DNA of 63,955 bases, filler included, from Octopus bimaculoides (Eukaryota), in the NCBI RefSeq assembly GCF_001194135.2. It is 6 parts of 6 records of this genome, joined end to end, with 100 filler letters (N's around TTAATTAATTAA, not from the genome) between each part and the next. Parts side by side here need not be neighbours in the genome. Positions count along the whole stretch, not along the records: positions 42,207 to 62,553 come from NC_069007.1; positions 62,654 to 63,955 come from NC_068986.1; 4 more parts are not named here. One strand, given 5' to 3'. Below, piece by piece: positions 50,907-63,955 of the stretch; position 1 is the stretch's first letter, and each line of letters starts with the position of its first letter. The translations under genes and the position numbers were made by a program. Below the pieces are notes generated by a model that saw only the letters and a program-made list of their open reading frames with translations, was not told where the DNA came from and ran no database searches.

Positions 50907-52127
50907 ATACAAATACACTTGAAAATGAAAAAAAAAAAAAAATGAAAAAGAAACGCAAACAATAGAAAAAATTAAAAAAAACAGAAAAATCCATAAAAGC
51001 TAAGAAAATGAAATCTGGCAGGGGTTGGGGAGGGAGGGGAGAGCACGGTAGGGGGTGGGGAAGAGTAAATATTTAATTTATTTTAGAAATCAAAAGCATG
51101 TGTTGCAGCCAAAAGAACACAAAATGCCTTGTGGTGTTTAGTTATGGATGTTCAGATTCTAACATCAAGTTCTGTCAGGTTTAGGGGTTGATAAGATAAA
51201 GGAGCTTATATAAGGTGGGCAAGTGGCATTGTTAAAATACTTTGGGCATCGTAGAAGCAATTTATTGCAGATAAACTTTAACAGCAAAATCTTAAGTGGG
51301 CCCTTATGACTCAAGGGATCATATGGGGTCCAGTTGAGAGCAACTGTCCTAAATGATTGTGAACAGGTCCATGTATTTGGGTCGTTACTTTTCATCCACC
51401 CAGGGTGGCAGCAATTAGTAGCAGTCATGGGTGGAGACCATAAAACCAACCAAATTCAAGGTTTTGTTCCTAAATTTGAAAATATTTACAATTTAACATT
51501 GCTGAGTTGTCTGTGAAATGGAAGATTTCAATAAAATGCAATTGTTTTTTTTTTAGGGTTCGTGACTTTTGGTTTAGTATTTTTTTATTACATTTTCCCC
51601 CAAATTTGAAATTTCAAACCAACAAAATAAAAAGAGATAAAAAATACTGAATAAAAAAAAAATCAATAAAATATATTTTTTCACTTAAAAAAACGATAGT
51701 TTTTTAAATTTTTTAAAATCTGTTAAATCTGACACTGAAATTTGAACTCCAGATTCTTGGAAAACAATATTTTCTTTACAGTTTTAGTTAGAATTTCATT
51801 TGTAGTAAGTGGCACACCAATATTGTGTAGTCCTCAGTAGACTTGGGTCTTCAGAGGATTTGTGATCAAAAATATTCCAGTTTGAGATTTTACTGCAATT
51901 TCTAGCAGATCAATCATACACAGTTTACCTAGGATGACATGATCCATGTGTCCCTCATTTTCTGAGATGGTAGGCTGTGATTTCAAATGCATTTGGTTGT
52001 TATTTCTAGCACGTTGAGCGACCACATAGAGGCTCTGTCATTGGCTTGCAATGGAGAATGTCTTTGTAAGTTAGAGAGGACAGACTTATGATTATATAAA
52101 ACCGTAGATGAACATCAAGATCGGCAA

Positions 52128-52437
52128 CTAGGACATCACCTGGTTCGTAATACGGGTGACTAGGCTGTAGCCAACACTGCCAGATATTTTGAGCATCTCT
52201 GCAGTGATTCCTGAAGGGCCGGGGGCTTTCTCTGTCTTCATACTCTTAATTGCTTTATCTACCCTGGTACTGTCAACTCGGATAGCTGGTCCCTCTGTTG
52301 GGTCAACATGTGCCAGACACTCTTTCTCCCATTCATTCTCTTTATTGAGCAACCTTTCGTAGTGGTGTCTCCAAACCTCTCTCTTGGCAGTCTCATCTAG
52401 TGCAAGTGAACCATCATCCATGTGGACACATTTCTCT

Positions 52438-52440
<3 letters not shown>
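52128..52440 (-). mobile_element. RTE LINE ORF fragment (linker just upstream of RT)
   Basis: REKCVHMDDGSLALDETAKREVWRHHYERLLNKENEWE..VDKAIKSMKTEKAPGPSGITAEMLK. Confidence 0.9.
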
Positions 52441-52474
<34 letters not shown>

Positions 52475-53406
52475 NNNNNNNNNNNNNNNNNNNNNNNNNN
52501 NNNNNNNNNNNNNNNNNNNNNNNNNNNNNNNNNNNNNNNNNNNNNNNNNNNNNNNNNNNNNNNNNNNNNNNNNNNNNNNNNNNNNNNNNNNNNNNNNNNN
52601 NNNNNNNNNNNNNNNNNNNNNNNNNNNNNNNNNNNNNNNNNNNNNNNNNNNNNNNNNNNNNNNNNNNNNNNNNNNNNNNNNNNNNNNNNNNNNNNNNNNN
52701 NNNNNNNNNNNNNNNNNNNNNNNNNNNNNNNNNNNNNNNNNNNNNNNNNNNNNNNNNNNNNNNNNNNNNNNNNNNNNNNNNNNNNNNNNNNNNNNNNNNN
52801 NNNNNNNNNNNNNNNNNNNNNNNNNNNNNNNNNNNNNNNNNNNNNNNNNNNNNNNNNNNNNNNNNNNNNNNNNNNNNNNNNNNNNNNNNNNNNNNNNNNN
52901 NNNNNNNNNNNNNNNNNNNNNNNNNNNNNNNNNNNNNNNNNNNNNNNNNNNNNNNNNNNNNNNNNNNNNNNNNNNNNNNNNNNNNNNNNNNNNNNNNNNN
53001 NNNNNNNNNNNNNNNNNNNNNNNNNNNNNNNNNNNNNNNNNNNNNNNNNNNNNNNNNNNNNNNNNNNNNNNNNNNNNNNNNNNNNNNNNNNNNNNNNNNN
53101 NNNNNNNNNNNNNNNNNNNNNNNNNNNNNNNNNNNNNNNNNNNNNNNNNNNNNNNNNNNNNNNNNNNNNNNNNNNNNNNNNNNNNNNNNNNNNNNNNNNN
53201 NNNNNNNNNNNNNNNNNNNNNNNNNNNNNNNNNNNNNNNNNNNNNNNNNNNNNNNNNNNNNNNNNNNNNNNNNNNNNNNNNNNNNNNNNNNNNNNNNNNN
53301 NNNNNNNNNNNNNNNNNNNNNNNNNNNNNNNNNNNNNNNNNNNNNNNNNNNNNNNNNNNNNNNNNNNNNNNNNNNNNNNNNNNNNNNNNNNNNNNNNNNN
53401 NNNNNN

Positions 53407-53442
<36 letters not shown>

Positions 53443-53591
53443 CAAAAGCACAAAAGTGAGAGAGAGAGAGAGAGAGGGCGTACAAGGATATATAAATATA
53501 CATACATGTCATGCTCAAGACATCGGTACCATGTAAATGACGGATATATAAATACACAGAGATAAGAGAGAGGAGGGGAGTGGAGGGACAC

Positions 53592-53622
<31 letters not shown>

Positions 53623-53926
53623 CGTAGAGGAAATTTGTGCAGCCACCCTCCCATTACATTTGTAAAGAAGGGGAAAAAAACCTCATTTCCTATCACACCC
53701 ACTGTCGCATAAAGAGAGAGAAGGACATAGAGAGAGGGATAGAGAGAGAGAAGGACATAGAGAGAGGGATAGAGAGAGAGAAGGAGATATATATAGAGAG
53801 AGGGACAGAGATAGTGAGAGAGAGAGGGACAGAGATAGTGAGAGAGAGAGGGACAGAGATAGAGAGAGAGAGAGAGAGGGACAGAGATAGAGAGAGAGAG
53901 GGACAGAGATAGAGAGAGAGAGGGAC

Positions 53927-53997
<71 letters not shown>

Positions 53998-54683
53998 CAG
54001 AGATAGAGAAAGCTTAAAAACCTGTTTTGTGTACGTGGAATGTATTCAAGTGTGATTTCGTTACCATCACAAACAGAGTTACTGTAATCGTTTAGCCCCG
54101 GGTCTAAACCCTTACTGAACAAACGACCAATGACATCCCAACCGTGGCACTCTGGTCCTTATTCCCTATATTCATAGAACGCACGACTACATAGTTCTAT
54201 AAATTCTTTTCTAGGGAACGTGGAGTGTGATTTCAGCGGGACTTGGCTATTATTTCTAGCTGAAAATGCGACCCTGCAGCGATTCGAAACAATTGTATGT
54301 ATGAGAGTGGTGGGGGTGGGTGGTAATAGTGACGGTGTGATGGGGTAATGGGGGTGTAGTGGTGGCCTAGTGGTCGTGTAGGTGTGTTAGTGGTGACACC
54401 CGGTTTGGCTAGGATTAGTGATGGTGGTGGTGGTGGTGGAGGTGCAGTTGTGCTTTGTTACTCGAAGATGGCGTTTAACATTAGCAACATTATTTCCAAA
54501 AGTATTTCAGCAGGCATTTTAAGCAACTCTTGAGGAAGTTTTGTCTAATTAATTGCAAGGATAACCTCAGTTAATTCAAGGGTTTCAATTCATCATGTAA
54601 GACCTAATATATGTCGGGTGTCATTGGAAATATGGCTGCTATTTTTAACAAGTTGAACGACCACAAATAGGCAATCTCGACGG

Positions 54684-55065
54684 ATGAGAGCAAAGGACCA
54701 GGGGACGAGTGACGGAGGGAAGGAAGGGGGCAGCGGTGAGTGACGGAGGGTAGCAAGGGGGCAGCGGTGAGTGACAGGGGCGAGAAAGGGAACAGGGGGC
54801 GAGTGACGGAGGGAAGCAAAGGAGCAACAGTGAGTGACAGGTGCGAGTAAGGGAGCAGCGGTGAGTGACAGGGGAGAGCAAGGGAACAGGGGGCGAGTGA
54901 CGGAGGGAAGCAAAGGAGCAACAGTGAGGGACAGGTGCGAGTAAGGGAGCAGCGGTGAGTGACAGGGGAGAGCAAGGGAGAAGCGGTGAGTGACAGGGGA
55001 GAGTAAGGGAGTAACGGTGAGTGACAGGGGAGAGCAAGGGAGACGGAAGTGAGGAAGGGAACAAC
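54684..55065. repeat. Purine-rich ~28-bp minisatellite with higher-order organisation
   Basis: About 13 units of GAGTGAC(G/A)G..GAG(C/T)AAGGGAGCAGCGGT; a multi-unit block recurs at ~54785-54890 and ~54880-54975. Confidence 0.9.
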
Positions 55066-55793
55066 GGTTGGAGACGTTAGCCTTGATCCGTCCAGTAAAA
55101 ACTTGTTGACTTGAAGCGGAGAAAGTTTCGTATTTGGCAGGTTTTGCTTCTATGTGGGAACGAGGCAAAAGACGGGCCTTTTTTTGATGCTATGCAGACG
55201 ACCAAACACAATTCCAGTTAAATTCGTGTTTAAATAGAAAATGAAGAGAGCCTTAAAAAGCTAACAAGAAATAACGAAATGGTGAAACAGGCAGACAGAT
55301 GAGGTTAGTTTCGTAATATTTAATGCAGGAAGTATTAAAAAGGCAAGGTAGAAACCATTGTAATGAGAGAGATATTAGAGTGAATAGTTGTGGTGGTCGT
55401 GGTAGGAACATCGGGGAGTCAACGGGGTAAGGATTTTTAGGAAAGTGGGTTATACATCATTAGATGTACACCTGACTTTCCTATATTAAATTAGAAGTGA
55501 ACGGAACGCAGAACTCCAAACTGATCAACAACAACAATATTTATTTTGAAGGTAAAATGGACAGCCTCCAATTGTCCGGTTTCTGAGACGTCTGAATGTA
55601 GATCTACTGTCCCTTGAGATGAATCGTTGGAGAGACAACTTGGTTCAACCACACTCAATGAGAGCTTGTTTTAGACCGTCTTGCTTGGTAAGAGACACAA
55701 TAGAAGCGGGAACGCTTGGTCGGATTGATCTCAAAAAAAGAGCACAAAATTTTCAATAAAGTAACCAATTTTTAGAAGTTAGTTTAGAATGGA

Positions 55794-55846
<53 letters not shown>

Positions 55847-55856
55847 NNNNNNNNNN

Positions 55857-55896
<40 letters not shown>

Positions 55897-57124
55897 GTGA
55901 GATTTTACTTCGTCACAGTCTGGCGAAATGATTAAGAAGTTTGCTTCGTATCAACGACGTTCGGGTTCGATCTTACGGTGTCGCAACTTGTGCAAAGGTT
56001 TATTTTATTTATTTTTCTTTTCCTTTCTAGTCATACGTTGTGAGTGAAAATGGGTGGAGAGAAACTGTCCAGAGAAGCCTATCTGATGGATTCTAGTTAT
56101 AATTCAAAAGGTAGAACTCGATCACGCTGAGTCCTACTGATTCTGCCAGAGAACTCGCATGTCTGCAGAACATCCCGCCACTTATATGATAATTGAGAGG
56201 CAGATAATTCAGTTGAGCAAAAAATTGAATCCTCATCGCTGAAACCAACGGAGATCCATTCATTTATCCAATTTACTTAGTTGGAAATTTTAAAAGGATT
56301 TAATAAAGATCGCCGCTTATTCTTCTGAAACTTAAAAGTAGCAAGCATGTCTCCCTATTCACTCTGCAGTCCTCGACTGTAACGTGATTGTTTGTAGCCC
56401 AAACTGGCAACCTCGTGGAAACCCGAATGGGTGCGGCCCTTTCACTTCGACTTGACCCATTAAACTGTAGTAGTAGTAGTAGTAATTGTTAGAATGTTAG
56501 CGGAAACTGTGGGAATGAAAAGGCGGGATGTTTACATTTGGCAGGAAGATAGGGAGGGAGGTAGAACTGTGATTGTCCTAAGCAATCTGTGTTGATCAGA
56601 TTTACGACTGTCCTTGTTAGCTTAGTTACCACCACATCCACCACCACCACCACTACCACCACAATCATCGACACCACCACCACCACCACCTGACTACACT
56701 CACGCAGCAAGGGTATTAAAATGGGAGTCATCCAACGAGAATCGAACCCGAATCAGTAACATCTTATATGCTAATAAATAATCAATATTCTACAGCACAT
56801 TGACAAATATTTGCTAGAAATGGCAGTTAAATCTTTGCTCACTCATTTGCCCTAAAGTCACGGAAAGGGGAACACACGAACGGGAAAAACCTCGTCTTGA
56901 TCGAGACTGCACTCCGATCCAAACACCATTAGGGTTGACAGGACAGCGAAGATGATGATGGAGGGTGACAAACAACCTGTTAACCAAACGAGGTTTCCTA
57001 GACTGCCAACGGTACAAACGTATGACCACTGTAGGCCAACGCAAGTTCTTAACCAATACACACACGCACACACACACAAATAAGAGTGTAAGTGGGTGAG
57101 TATTCCGGTGACAGCTTTTATCAT

Positions 57125-57477
57125 CTTACTGGTTTCAGTCGTTAGACTGCGGCCATGCTGGGGCACCGCATTGCATTTTTAGTCGAATAAATCGACCCTA
57201 TTTTTAAAGTTTGGCACTTATTCTATCGGTTCTCTTTTGCCGAACCGCTAATTTACTGGGACGTAAACACACCAACGCCGATTGTCAAGCGAGGGGGGAG
57301 GGGACAAACGCACATACACAAACAGATATAGATACGACGGGCTTCTTTCAGCTTCCGTGTACCAAATCCGCTCAGAAGGTTTTGATCGGTCAGACGCTCA
57401 CCCAAAATGCGACACAGCGGGATTGAACCCGGGTCTATGTGGTTAAGAAGCAAACTTCTTACCACAAAGCCACGCCT
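57125..57477 (-). mobile_element. SINE family A, full length, short internal repeat
   Basis: Aligns to the reverse complement of 3009-3407. Confidence 0.85.
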
Positions 57478-57484
57478 ATATATG

Positions 57485-57976
57485 TACCCTTACCCTTAAA
57501 TTAATTCTCAAATAGGATTGTAATACAATGGAACAAGGCTGGACTTCGTAGAATTTCTTTCAAAACACTTTTCATCCAAATGAATTTGCTATAGAAACGG
57601 ACCCAATGCCAGACAAGCAGGAGAACCCAGTCATGGATGTCAGACAATTTCTGCGACCGCATCACCCCTGACATCTGGCCACCTAACTCCCCAGACTGCA
57701 CCTTACTTGATTATTATGTGTGGGGCGGAGCTGAACGAGAGACCAACAAAACTTTTTGTGACACGAAAGATGAACTGAAAGCAGAGATTATGGCAGCATT
57801 CACCAACTTAAACAAGAAGGCTGCCCAGAAGAGTTGCAGGAGATTCCGAAGTTGCCTGGAGGCCGTGGTTGAAGCCAATGGCGATTTTATTGAATAAATC
57901 TACTCTTTAGTATTTCAAGACATTTCTGTGTAATTTTGGTAAATATGTCTGTTAAAATAAGATGTCAGTGTTATTT
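57485..57976 (+). mobile_element. Tc1/mariner transposase C-terminal relic
   Basis: WMSDNFCDRITPDIWPPNSPDCTLLDYYVWG..KDELKAEI..SCRRFRSCLEAVVEANGDFIE*; the 3' end runs into a gap. Confidence 0.85.
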
Positions 57977-58924
57977 NNNNNNNNNNNNNNNNNNNNNNNN
58001 NNNNNNNNNNNNNNNNNNNNNNNNNNNNNNNNNNNNNNNNNNNNNNNNNNNNNNNNNNNNNNNNNNNNNNNNNNNNNNNNNNNNNNNNNNNNNNNNNNNN
58101 NNNNNNNNNNNNNNNNNNNNNNNNNNNNNNNNNNNNNNNNNNNNNNNNNNNNNNNNNNNNNNNNNNNNNNNNNNNNNNNNNNNNNNNNNNNNNNNNNNNN
58201 NNNNNNNNNNNNNNNNNNNNNNNNNNNNNNNNNNNNNNNNNNNNNNNNNNNNNNNNNNNNNNNNNNNNNNNNNNNNNNNNNNNNNNNNNNNNNNNNNNNN
58301 NNNNNNNNNNNNNNNNNNNNNNNNNNNNNNNNNNNNNNNNNNNNNNNNNNNNNNNNNNNNNNNNNNNNNNNNNNNNNNNNNNNNNNNNNNNNNNNNNNNN
58401 NNNNNNNNNNNNNNNNNNNNNNNNNNNNNNNNNNNNNNNNNNNNNNNNNNNNNNNNNNNNNNNNNNNNNNNNNNNNNNNNNNNNNNNNNNNNNNNNNNNN
58501 NNNNNNNNNNNNNNNNNNNNNNNNNNNNNNNNNNNNNNNNNNNNNNNNNNNNNNNNNNNNNNNNNNNNNNNNNNNNNNNNNNNNNNNNNNNNNNNNNNNN
58601 NNNNNNNNNNNNNNNNNNNNNNNNNNNNNNNNNNNNNNNNNNNNNNNNNNNNNNNNNNNNNNNNNNNNNNNNNNNNNNNNNNNNNNNNNNNNNNNNNNNN
58701 NNNNNNNNNNNNNNNNNNNNNNNNNNNNNNNNNNNNNNNNNNNNNNNNNNNNNNNNNNNNNNNNNNNNNNNNNNNNNNNNNNNNNNNNNNNNNNNNNNNN
58801 NNNNNNNNNNNNNNNNNNNNNNNNNNNNNNNNNNNNNNNNNNNNNNNNNNNNNNNNNNNNNNNNNNNNNNNNNNNNNNNNNNNNNNNNNNNNNNNNNNNN
58901 NNNNNNNNNNNNNNNNNNNNNNNN

Positions 58925-59011
58925 CTGTAAAAGAACCTGGAAGGTTGGGCCTCCAGCCAGGCCTTTCGCGACACCCTTAAAGCCAGGAACTTTTCAGAGC
59001 CCCGCCTCGTA
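58925..59011 (-). mobile_element. Probable mariner terminal inverted repeat end
   Basis: Reverse complement TACGAGGCGGGGCTCTGAAAAGTTCCTGGCT has the TACGAGG..AAAAG mariner TIR pattern; the rest is in the gap. Confidence 0.55.
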
Positions 59012-59025
59012 CATACACACTCACG

Positions 59026-59069
<44 letters not shown>

Positions 59070-59649
59070 AGTTAACTGTAAGTACATCGTATACAGTCGG
59101 TCATGTTATACTAGTAACAGAATAGAATAGAATATATCTAGAAGAATAATTTTTAGCGTAAAGGTCTCCATTTGGCCTTCAAAAGGGGACAGTAGGTCCA
59201 TCCTCAAACTCACAGGCCAACTAATGCTCCCACCTCCCCTCATCTACCTCGCACCTCACACTATCACCCAATTACCTTAGCAAACGTGGTCACCTGTGTT
59301 TTGTTTGTTTTTCGTCTGGAGGCGGGGTATGGTGACCAAGGGGGAATCAATCTGCTGCACGCTTTACCACCAAAAAATGAGTGCGCATGGGATATTTGCC
59401 AGTAACAGCAGTCAAATCGTCCTCGAAATCACACTCTACAGGGCCTCTGAAAAGAATTTTATCACGGGATATCTTCGGGTCGGGATTTTAACCCCCTGTA
59501 AATGCCAGTCTTTAATATATATACAAACGTTTTGTGAGGTTCCAAGAAATTCCTGCACCAACGCACAACGCAGCCCGCCTCGTTTTATAATAAAAATAAA
59601 ATTGAAACAAGTACAATGCTACTTTGGCTGAAAATTTGGGGGGAAGGAA

Positions 59650-61330
59650 GACCCCAGTGCGTAACTGGTACTTATTTAATCGACCCCGAAAGGATGAAAG
59701 GCAAAATCAACCTCGGCGGAACTTGAACTCGGAACGTAGCGGCAGACGAAATACCGCTCAGCATTTCGCCCGGCGTGCTAACGTCTCTGCCATCTCGCTG
59801 CCTTACTTTAGCTGAAATAATAAAGATGGAATAAAGTTCATTTGTCTGTTCATCTCATCAAGCAGACCTTGGGCTAAACAGCACTTACTGGTTCTTAATG
59901 TTATCAAACACGAAAAAAATAAACAGCAAATCGACTCTGGCGGGAATTGAACTCAAAATGCAAATAGGCAGAACGGATTAATTAATTATTCAACCAGTGC
60001 TATAAGGAGGGCGTATATTATAATGATAATTTCAAATTTTGGCCACAAGGGCAGCTTGCTGGAGGGAATTAAGTCGATTACATCGAGCCTAGTGTCTCAT
60101 AGGTACTTAATTTATCGACCCCGAAAGGATGAAAGGCAAAGTCGACCTCGGCGGAATTTGAACTCAGAACGTAGCGACGGACGAAATACCGCTAAGCATT
60201 CCGTCCGGCATGCTAACGATTCTGCCAGCTCGCCGCTTTAGGGATGCATTAGAATAGAAAATAATCATTCCTAATAACGGGACAGGGCCAAATCGAAAGG
60301 GTTCATGGGTTTTTACCCTTTACATCTATAGAAAAGGGTCACCTTTAATATAAATGAAGTTTCCCACGGTTGCCAAACTTTTCTAGTTTCATTTCACGAT
60401 TAAAAGAAATTTGTAACTGAGTGACACTTTTAAGATGTCGAAGCCAGCTCATGGATCCATGTCCCTAGGGATCTGTGAACCCTACGTTAGGGACCGCCGC
60501 CGGCTATAGCTGATCATATTGACTCGCCCTGACACGCTGGACTCATAGGACTGGTTACCCAGTTTCAAAGGCGAATAAGCAATCGAGATCCCAACATTAC
60601 CCTTGAATGGGACACCAATCCATTACAGGGTTACTCGTTTACAGCTGAATCGACTGGGGCAATTAGAAATGAAGTGTTTTGCTCAAAAAACACAATGCGT
60701 CGCCCAAGAAAAGAAACTCCGATCTTGCGATTGTATCACGTGCCGTCACCCCTCCCCATCCGACTCTTCACAAATACTCTATTTTATCGACCCCGAAAGG
60801 TAAAGTCAACCATAACTAGATTTGATCTCGGATGCTAGAAATATAATTAAACACGACCAGTCACTTTAACAATCCTGTCAGTCCACTGCCCTTCATTGCT
60901 GCTTTTTAGAAATAAGATAGGTTTGAACGATTTCTTATATTTCTAATAATGATTTATTATTAAACGAGGCCAGCTATGTCAACGTCAGAACAAGAAATCA
61001 ATCAAATCGATTACAATATTTCACTGGTACTTACTTTATCGATCTTGGAATGATAAAAGGTAAACAAACGATGACGTTTTTTTTTCCATTGGCCACAAAG
61101 ACAGTCGATGAGGACAAGACTCATGTGAAGTGTACAGGACGTGTGTTGATGGAGTAAAAAGAAAAGATCGATAGCAAATAGAATGCTTCTGATATCAGCC
61201 CAAGGTCAGCCATTTTGAAGGGAGGGACAAATCAATTACGTCAGTCCCAATATTTAACTGGTATTTTATCGATTCGGATTGGATGAAAGGCAAAGTCGAC
61301 CTCAACTGAATAATAAATTGAGGAAATTCG
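59650..61330 (-). mobile_element. Cluster of SINE family B copies/fragments (59650-59805, 59925-59965, 60040-60238, 60780-60850, 61020-61060, 61200-61330)
   Basis: Repeated ATCGACCCCGAAAGGATGAAAGGCAAAGTCGACCTCGGCGGAATTTGAACTC motif. Confidence 0.85.
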
Positions 61331-62057
61331 AGTCAGCCCCATATCCAAGTCCAGATTACCTGACACAGAACTGAGTTTAACTTTTACGTGGTCGTTCGAG
61401 CAGCGAGAAATAGCTGTTAAATCTCCCTTAAATTTCATTCTACTATCTTAAAAAGGAAAGGCACAAAGGATACCATATTTGAATAAGACGAGGTGGCTGC
61501 GGTTGGAATGTCCGATTATAGGTCTCCTCTGCCAGTGTCCATTAGCAACAGCAGTGTTACTTAAGGGCTTCCATCACCTGACAGTCACAAAAATTACAGT
61601 AAACTCAATCACAACAATTGCGTTAATCTCCAGATTCTACATGGTCGCTCAACCTGCTAAAAATAACAGCCAAATCGAATCACATCTTACTGTCTTACAA
61701 CAGGACATGTTCGATAAAGCAGTCTTGGCTTTCTTGTACACTAGAAAAAGACGGGATGGTCATGGTAGGATCGTAAGTCTGTTCGATCAATGTTGATCTA
61801 GAGCGAAACAACATCCCAGAACATGCTAAAAACAGCAGTCAAATGCCCACCCTATTGATTTTTCAATAAAAACGGAAGGACATATTCGATAATGCCTTTG
61901 GGAAGAAAAAAAAAAACCCAACAAACGAAATGGTAATGGTTGGAAAGACTGATTCTAGAATCTACAAATAGCAACATACAATGCAGTCGTTATGATGTCC
62001 CAGTATAACTTTGAAATTCTGAAATTCAATTTCCGTCTGTCTGTCTCTCTCATATGT

Positions 62058-62258
62058 TTGTCATTTGACTGTGGCCATGATGGAGCACCGCCTGAAAGGG
62101 TTTTTTAGTCGAAGAAATCGATCCCAGCACTTATTCTTTATAAGTCTGGTACTTATTGCATCGGTGCCTTTTGCCGAACCGCTAAGTTAAAGAGACATAA
62201 GCACACAAGCATCGGTTGTCAGACACATAAACATATACGACGGGCTTCTTTCAGTTTC

Positions 62259-62292
<34 letters not shown>

Positions 62293-62553
62293 GGTTCAAG
62301 AGGAACAAACGAGTTGATATACTCTTTTACTTGTTTCAGTCATTTGACTGCGGCCATGCTGGAGCACCGCCTTTAGTCGAGCAAATCGACCCCGGAACTT
62401 ATTCTTTGTAAGCCTAGTACTTATTCTATCGGTCTCTTTTGCCGAACCGCTAAGTGACGGAGACATAAACACACCAGCATCGGTTGTCAAACACAGACAC
62501 ACAAACATATATATACATATATACAACGGGCTTCTTTCAGTTTCCGTCTACTA
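62058..62553 (-). mobile_element. Two SINE family A copies (62058-62258, 62320-62553) with contracted internal repeat
   Basis: CATTTGACTG(C/T)GGCCATG..CCGAACCGCTAAG..CATCGGTTGTCA..CGGGCTTCTTTCAGTTTC. Confidence 0.85.
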
Positions 62554-63108
62554 NNNNNNNNNNNNNNNNNNNNNNNNNNNNNNNNNNNNNNNNNNNNTTA
62601 ATTAATTAANNNNNNNNNNNNNNNNNNNNNNNNNNNNNNNNNNNNNNNNNNNNTATATATATATATATATATGTGTGTGTGCGTGTGTGTATACATACAT
62701 ATTCGCTGCTTTCTTCCAAGGAATCTAATGCCCCACAACAAAAAGAAAGTGCTCTCATCACATAACATTACAACCCAATCTTATTATTTATTTTACGTCA
62801 ATTTGCAATTTGTCCTGTCTTATACAACGTTATGTTAAAGAAAATATTTCCACAACTTTCAAATGGTGCCTGCAGAAATAATTTCAAGAAATAACAGACA
62901 AATCACCAAAACCTTGATACAACCCGACAACCCTCATCTCCTAATTGCGTGGGTAATGATGTCCAAAAACATCACATCACATAAAAGACAAAAGCAGTTG
63001 GTGCTTTGAGTTACTCATGGATTAGGCCATCGAAAGTCAAAACTAATTTATATATTCATACATAAATAGGCAGATGCATACGTATATATATATACATATA
63101 CATATATA

Positions 63109-63230
63109 CAGGCTTGGCCAAAAGTCCCCCCGACAGTAAATCAAAAATTTCATAAATTTATAAACACAGTATACTACAACGCTAAACGAAACGAAATAAA
63201 ATGTCATCCAAAAAGTTAAGGAGAGCTATA
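63109..63230 (+). mobile_element. Possible Tc1-like terminal fragment
   Basis: TA|CAGGCTTGGCCAAAAGT.. after a TA tract resembles Tc1 TIR starts; no partner TIR found. Confidence 0.35.
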
Positions 63231-63573
63231 CATACATACATTAATACATACATACATACACACATACATACATACATACATACATACATACATACATACA
63301 TACATACATACATACATACATACAGTCAACCGAATGATTCGCACATTATAAATACAATCTGTAACTGGAACCGTAAAACCATGCAAGACATTTCTCAGAT
63401 TTAAAATGTGACATCGTTTTCGTTATCGAGATTCCAATGAGGGAGCTTTGTATCTTTGTTAGAAACCAGCTCCTTCTTCACAAGAATTCGAATAATTAAA
63501 AAAGAAGAGATACACACACACACACATACACACGTACACACACACTCACACGTACATACATACATACATACAC

Positions 63574-63955
63574 TTTACTCTTTTTCCTGTTTCAGTCATT
63601 TGACAGTGGCCATGCTGGAGCACCGCCTATAGTCGAGCAAATTGACCCCAGGACTTATTCTTTGTAAGCCTAGTACTTATTCTATCGGTCATTTTTGCCG
63701 AACCGCTACTTTACAGGGACGTAAACACACCAGCATCGGTTGTCAAGCGATGTTGGGGGGTCAAACACAGACACACAAACACACACACATATATATATAC
63801 ATATATACGACAAGCTTCTTTTAGTTTCTGTCTATCAAATCCACTCGCAAAGCTTTCGTCGGCCTGGGGCTATAGTAGAATACACCTAAGTTGCCACGTA
63901 GTGGGACTGAACCTGGAACCATGTGGTTGGTAAGCAAACTGCTTACCACACAGCC
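63574..63955 (-). mobile_element. SINE family A, full length to the window edge
   Basis: Aligns to the reverse complement of 3009-3407. Confidence 0.9.

Noticed and set aside
52128-54122. Longest ORFs in the track (664 aa and other X-rich ORFs)
   Set aside because: They are open only because they cross N-gaps and dinucleotide repeats; only the RTE fragment at 52128-52440 is real.
54593-55168. Three overlapping Pro/Leu/Ser-rich ORFs on the minus strand
   Set aside because: Product of the pyrimidine-rich strand of a 28-bp minisatellite; the unit is not a multiple of 3 and several frames are open.
56858-57060. Minus-strand hydrophobic stretch IIIFAVLSTLMVFGSECSLDQDE resembling a signal peptide
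   Set aside because: No in-frame start in unique sequence and only a weak donor (GTTTTT); insufficient support.

Overview
Eukaryotic, AT-rich, repeat-dense genomic DNA from a gappy draft assembly (roughly 5.5 kb of N). The SINE, LINE and microsatellite families match, from memory, those of octopus (Octopus bimaculoides-type assembly); this species call is inference. No complete host gene, rRNA, true tRNA or CRISPR is visible. Most predicted ORFs are artefacts of microsatellites or N-runs. The window is a graveyard of mobile elements: two abundant tRNA-derived SINE families (my labels A and B), older CORE/V-type SINE relics, and RTE, Tx1/L1, CR1, R4/Dong and Penelope-like retroelements, a Gypsy integrase scrap and several mariner/Tc1 relics. 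The most unusual part is 5.3-11.0 kb. It contains a ~500-bp foldback and a minimal type-I hammerhead ribozyme motif with an intact core. Two diverged, RT-less Tx1-type LINEs lie in tandem (one ORF1-only) and share a conserved 5'UTR stem-loop. An inverted second copy of the hammerhead-bearing repeat follows immediately after the second LINE's putative target-site duplication. Two further, unrelated minimal hammerhead motifs occur at 34.8 and 37.9 kb. The best host-gene candidate is a + strand signal-peptide-like exon at 14938-15055 followed by a phase-1 GT donor, which suggests that much of the window may be intronic.
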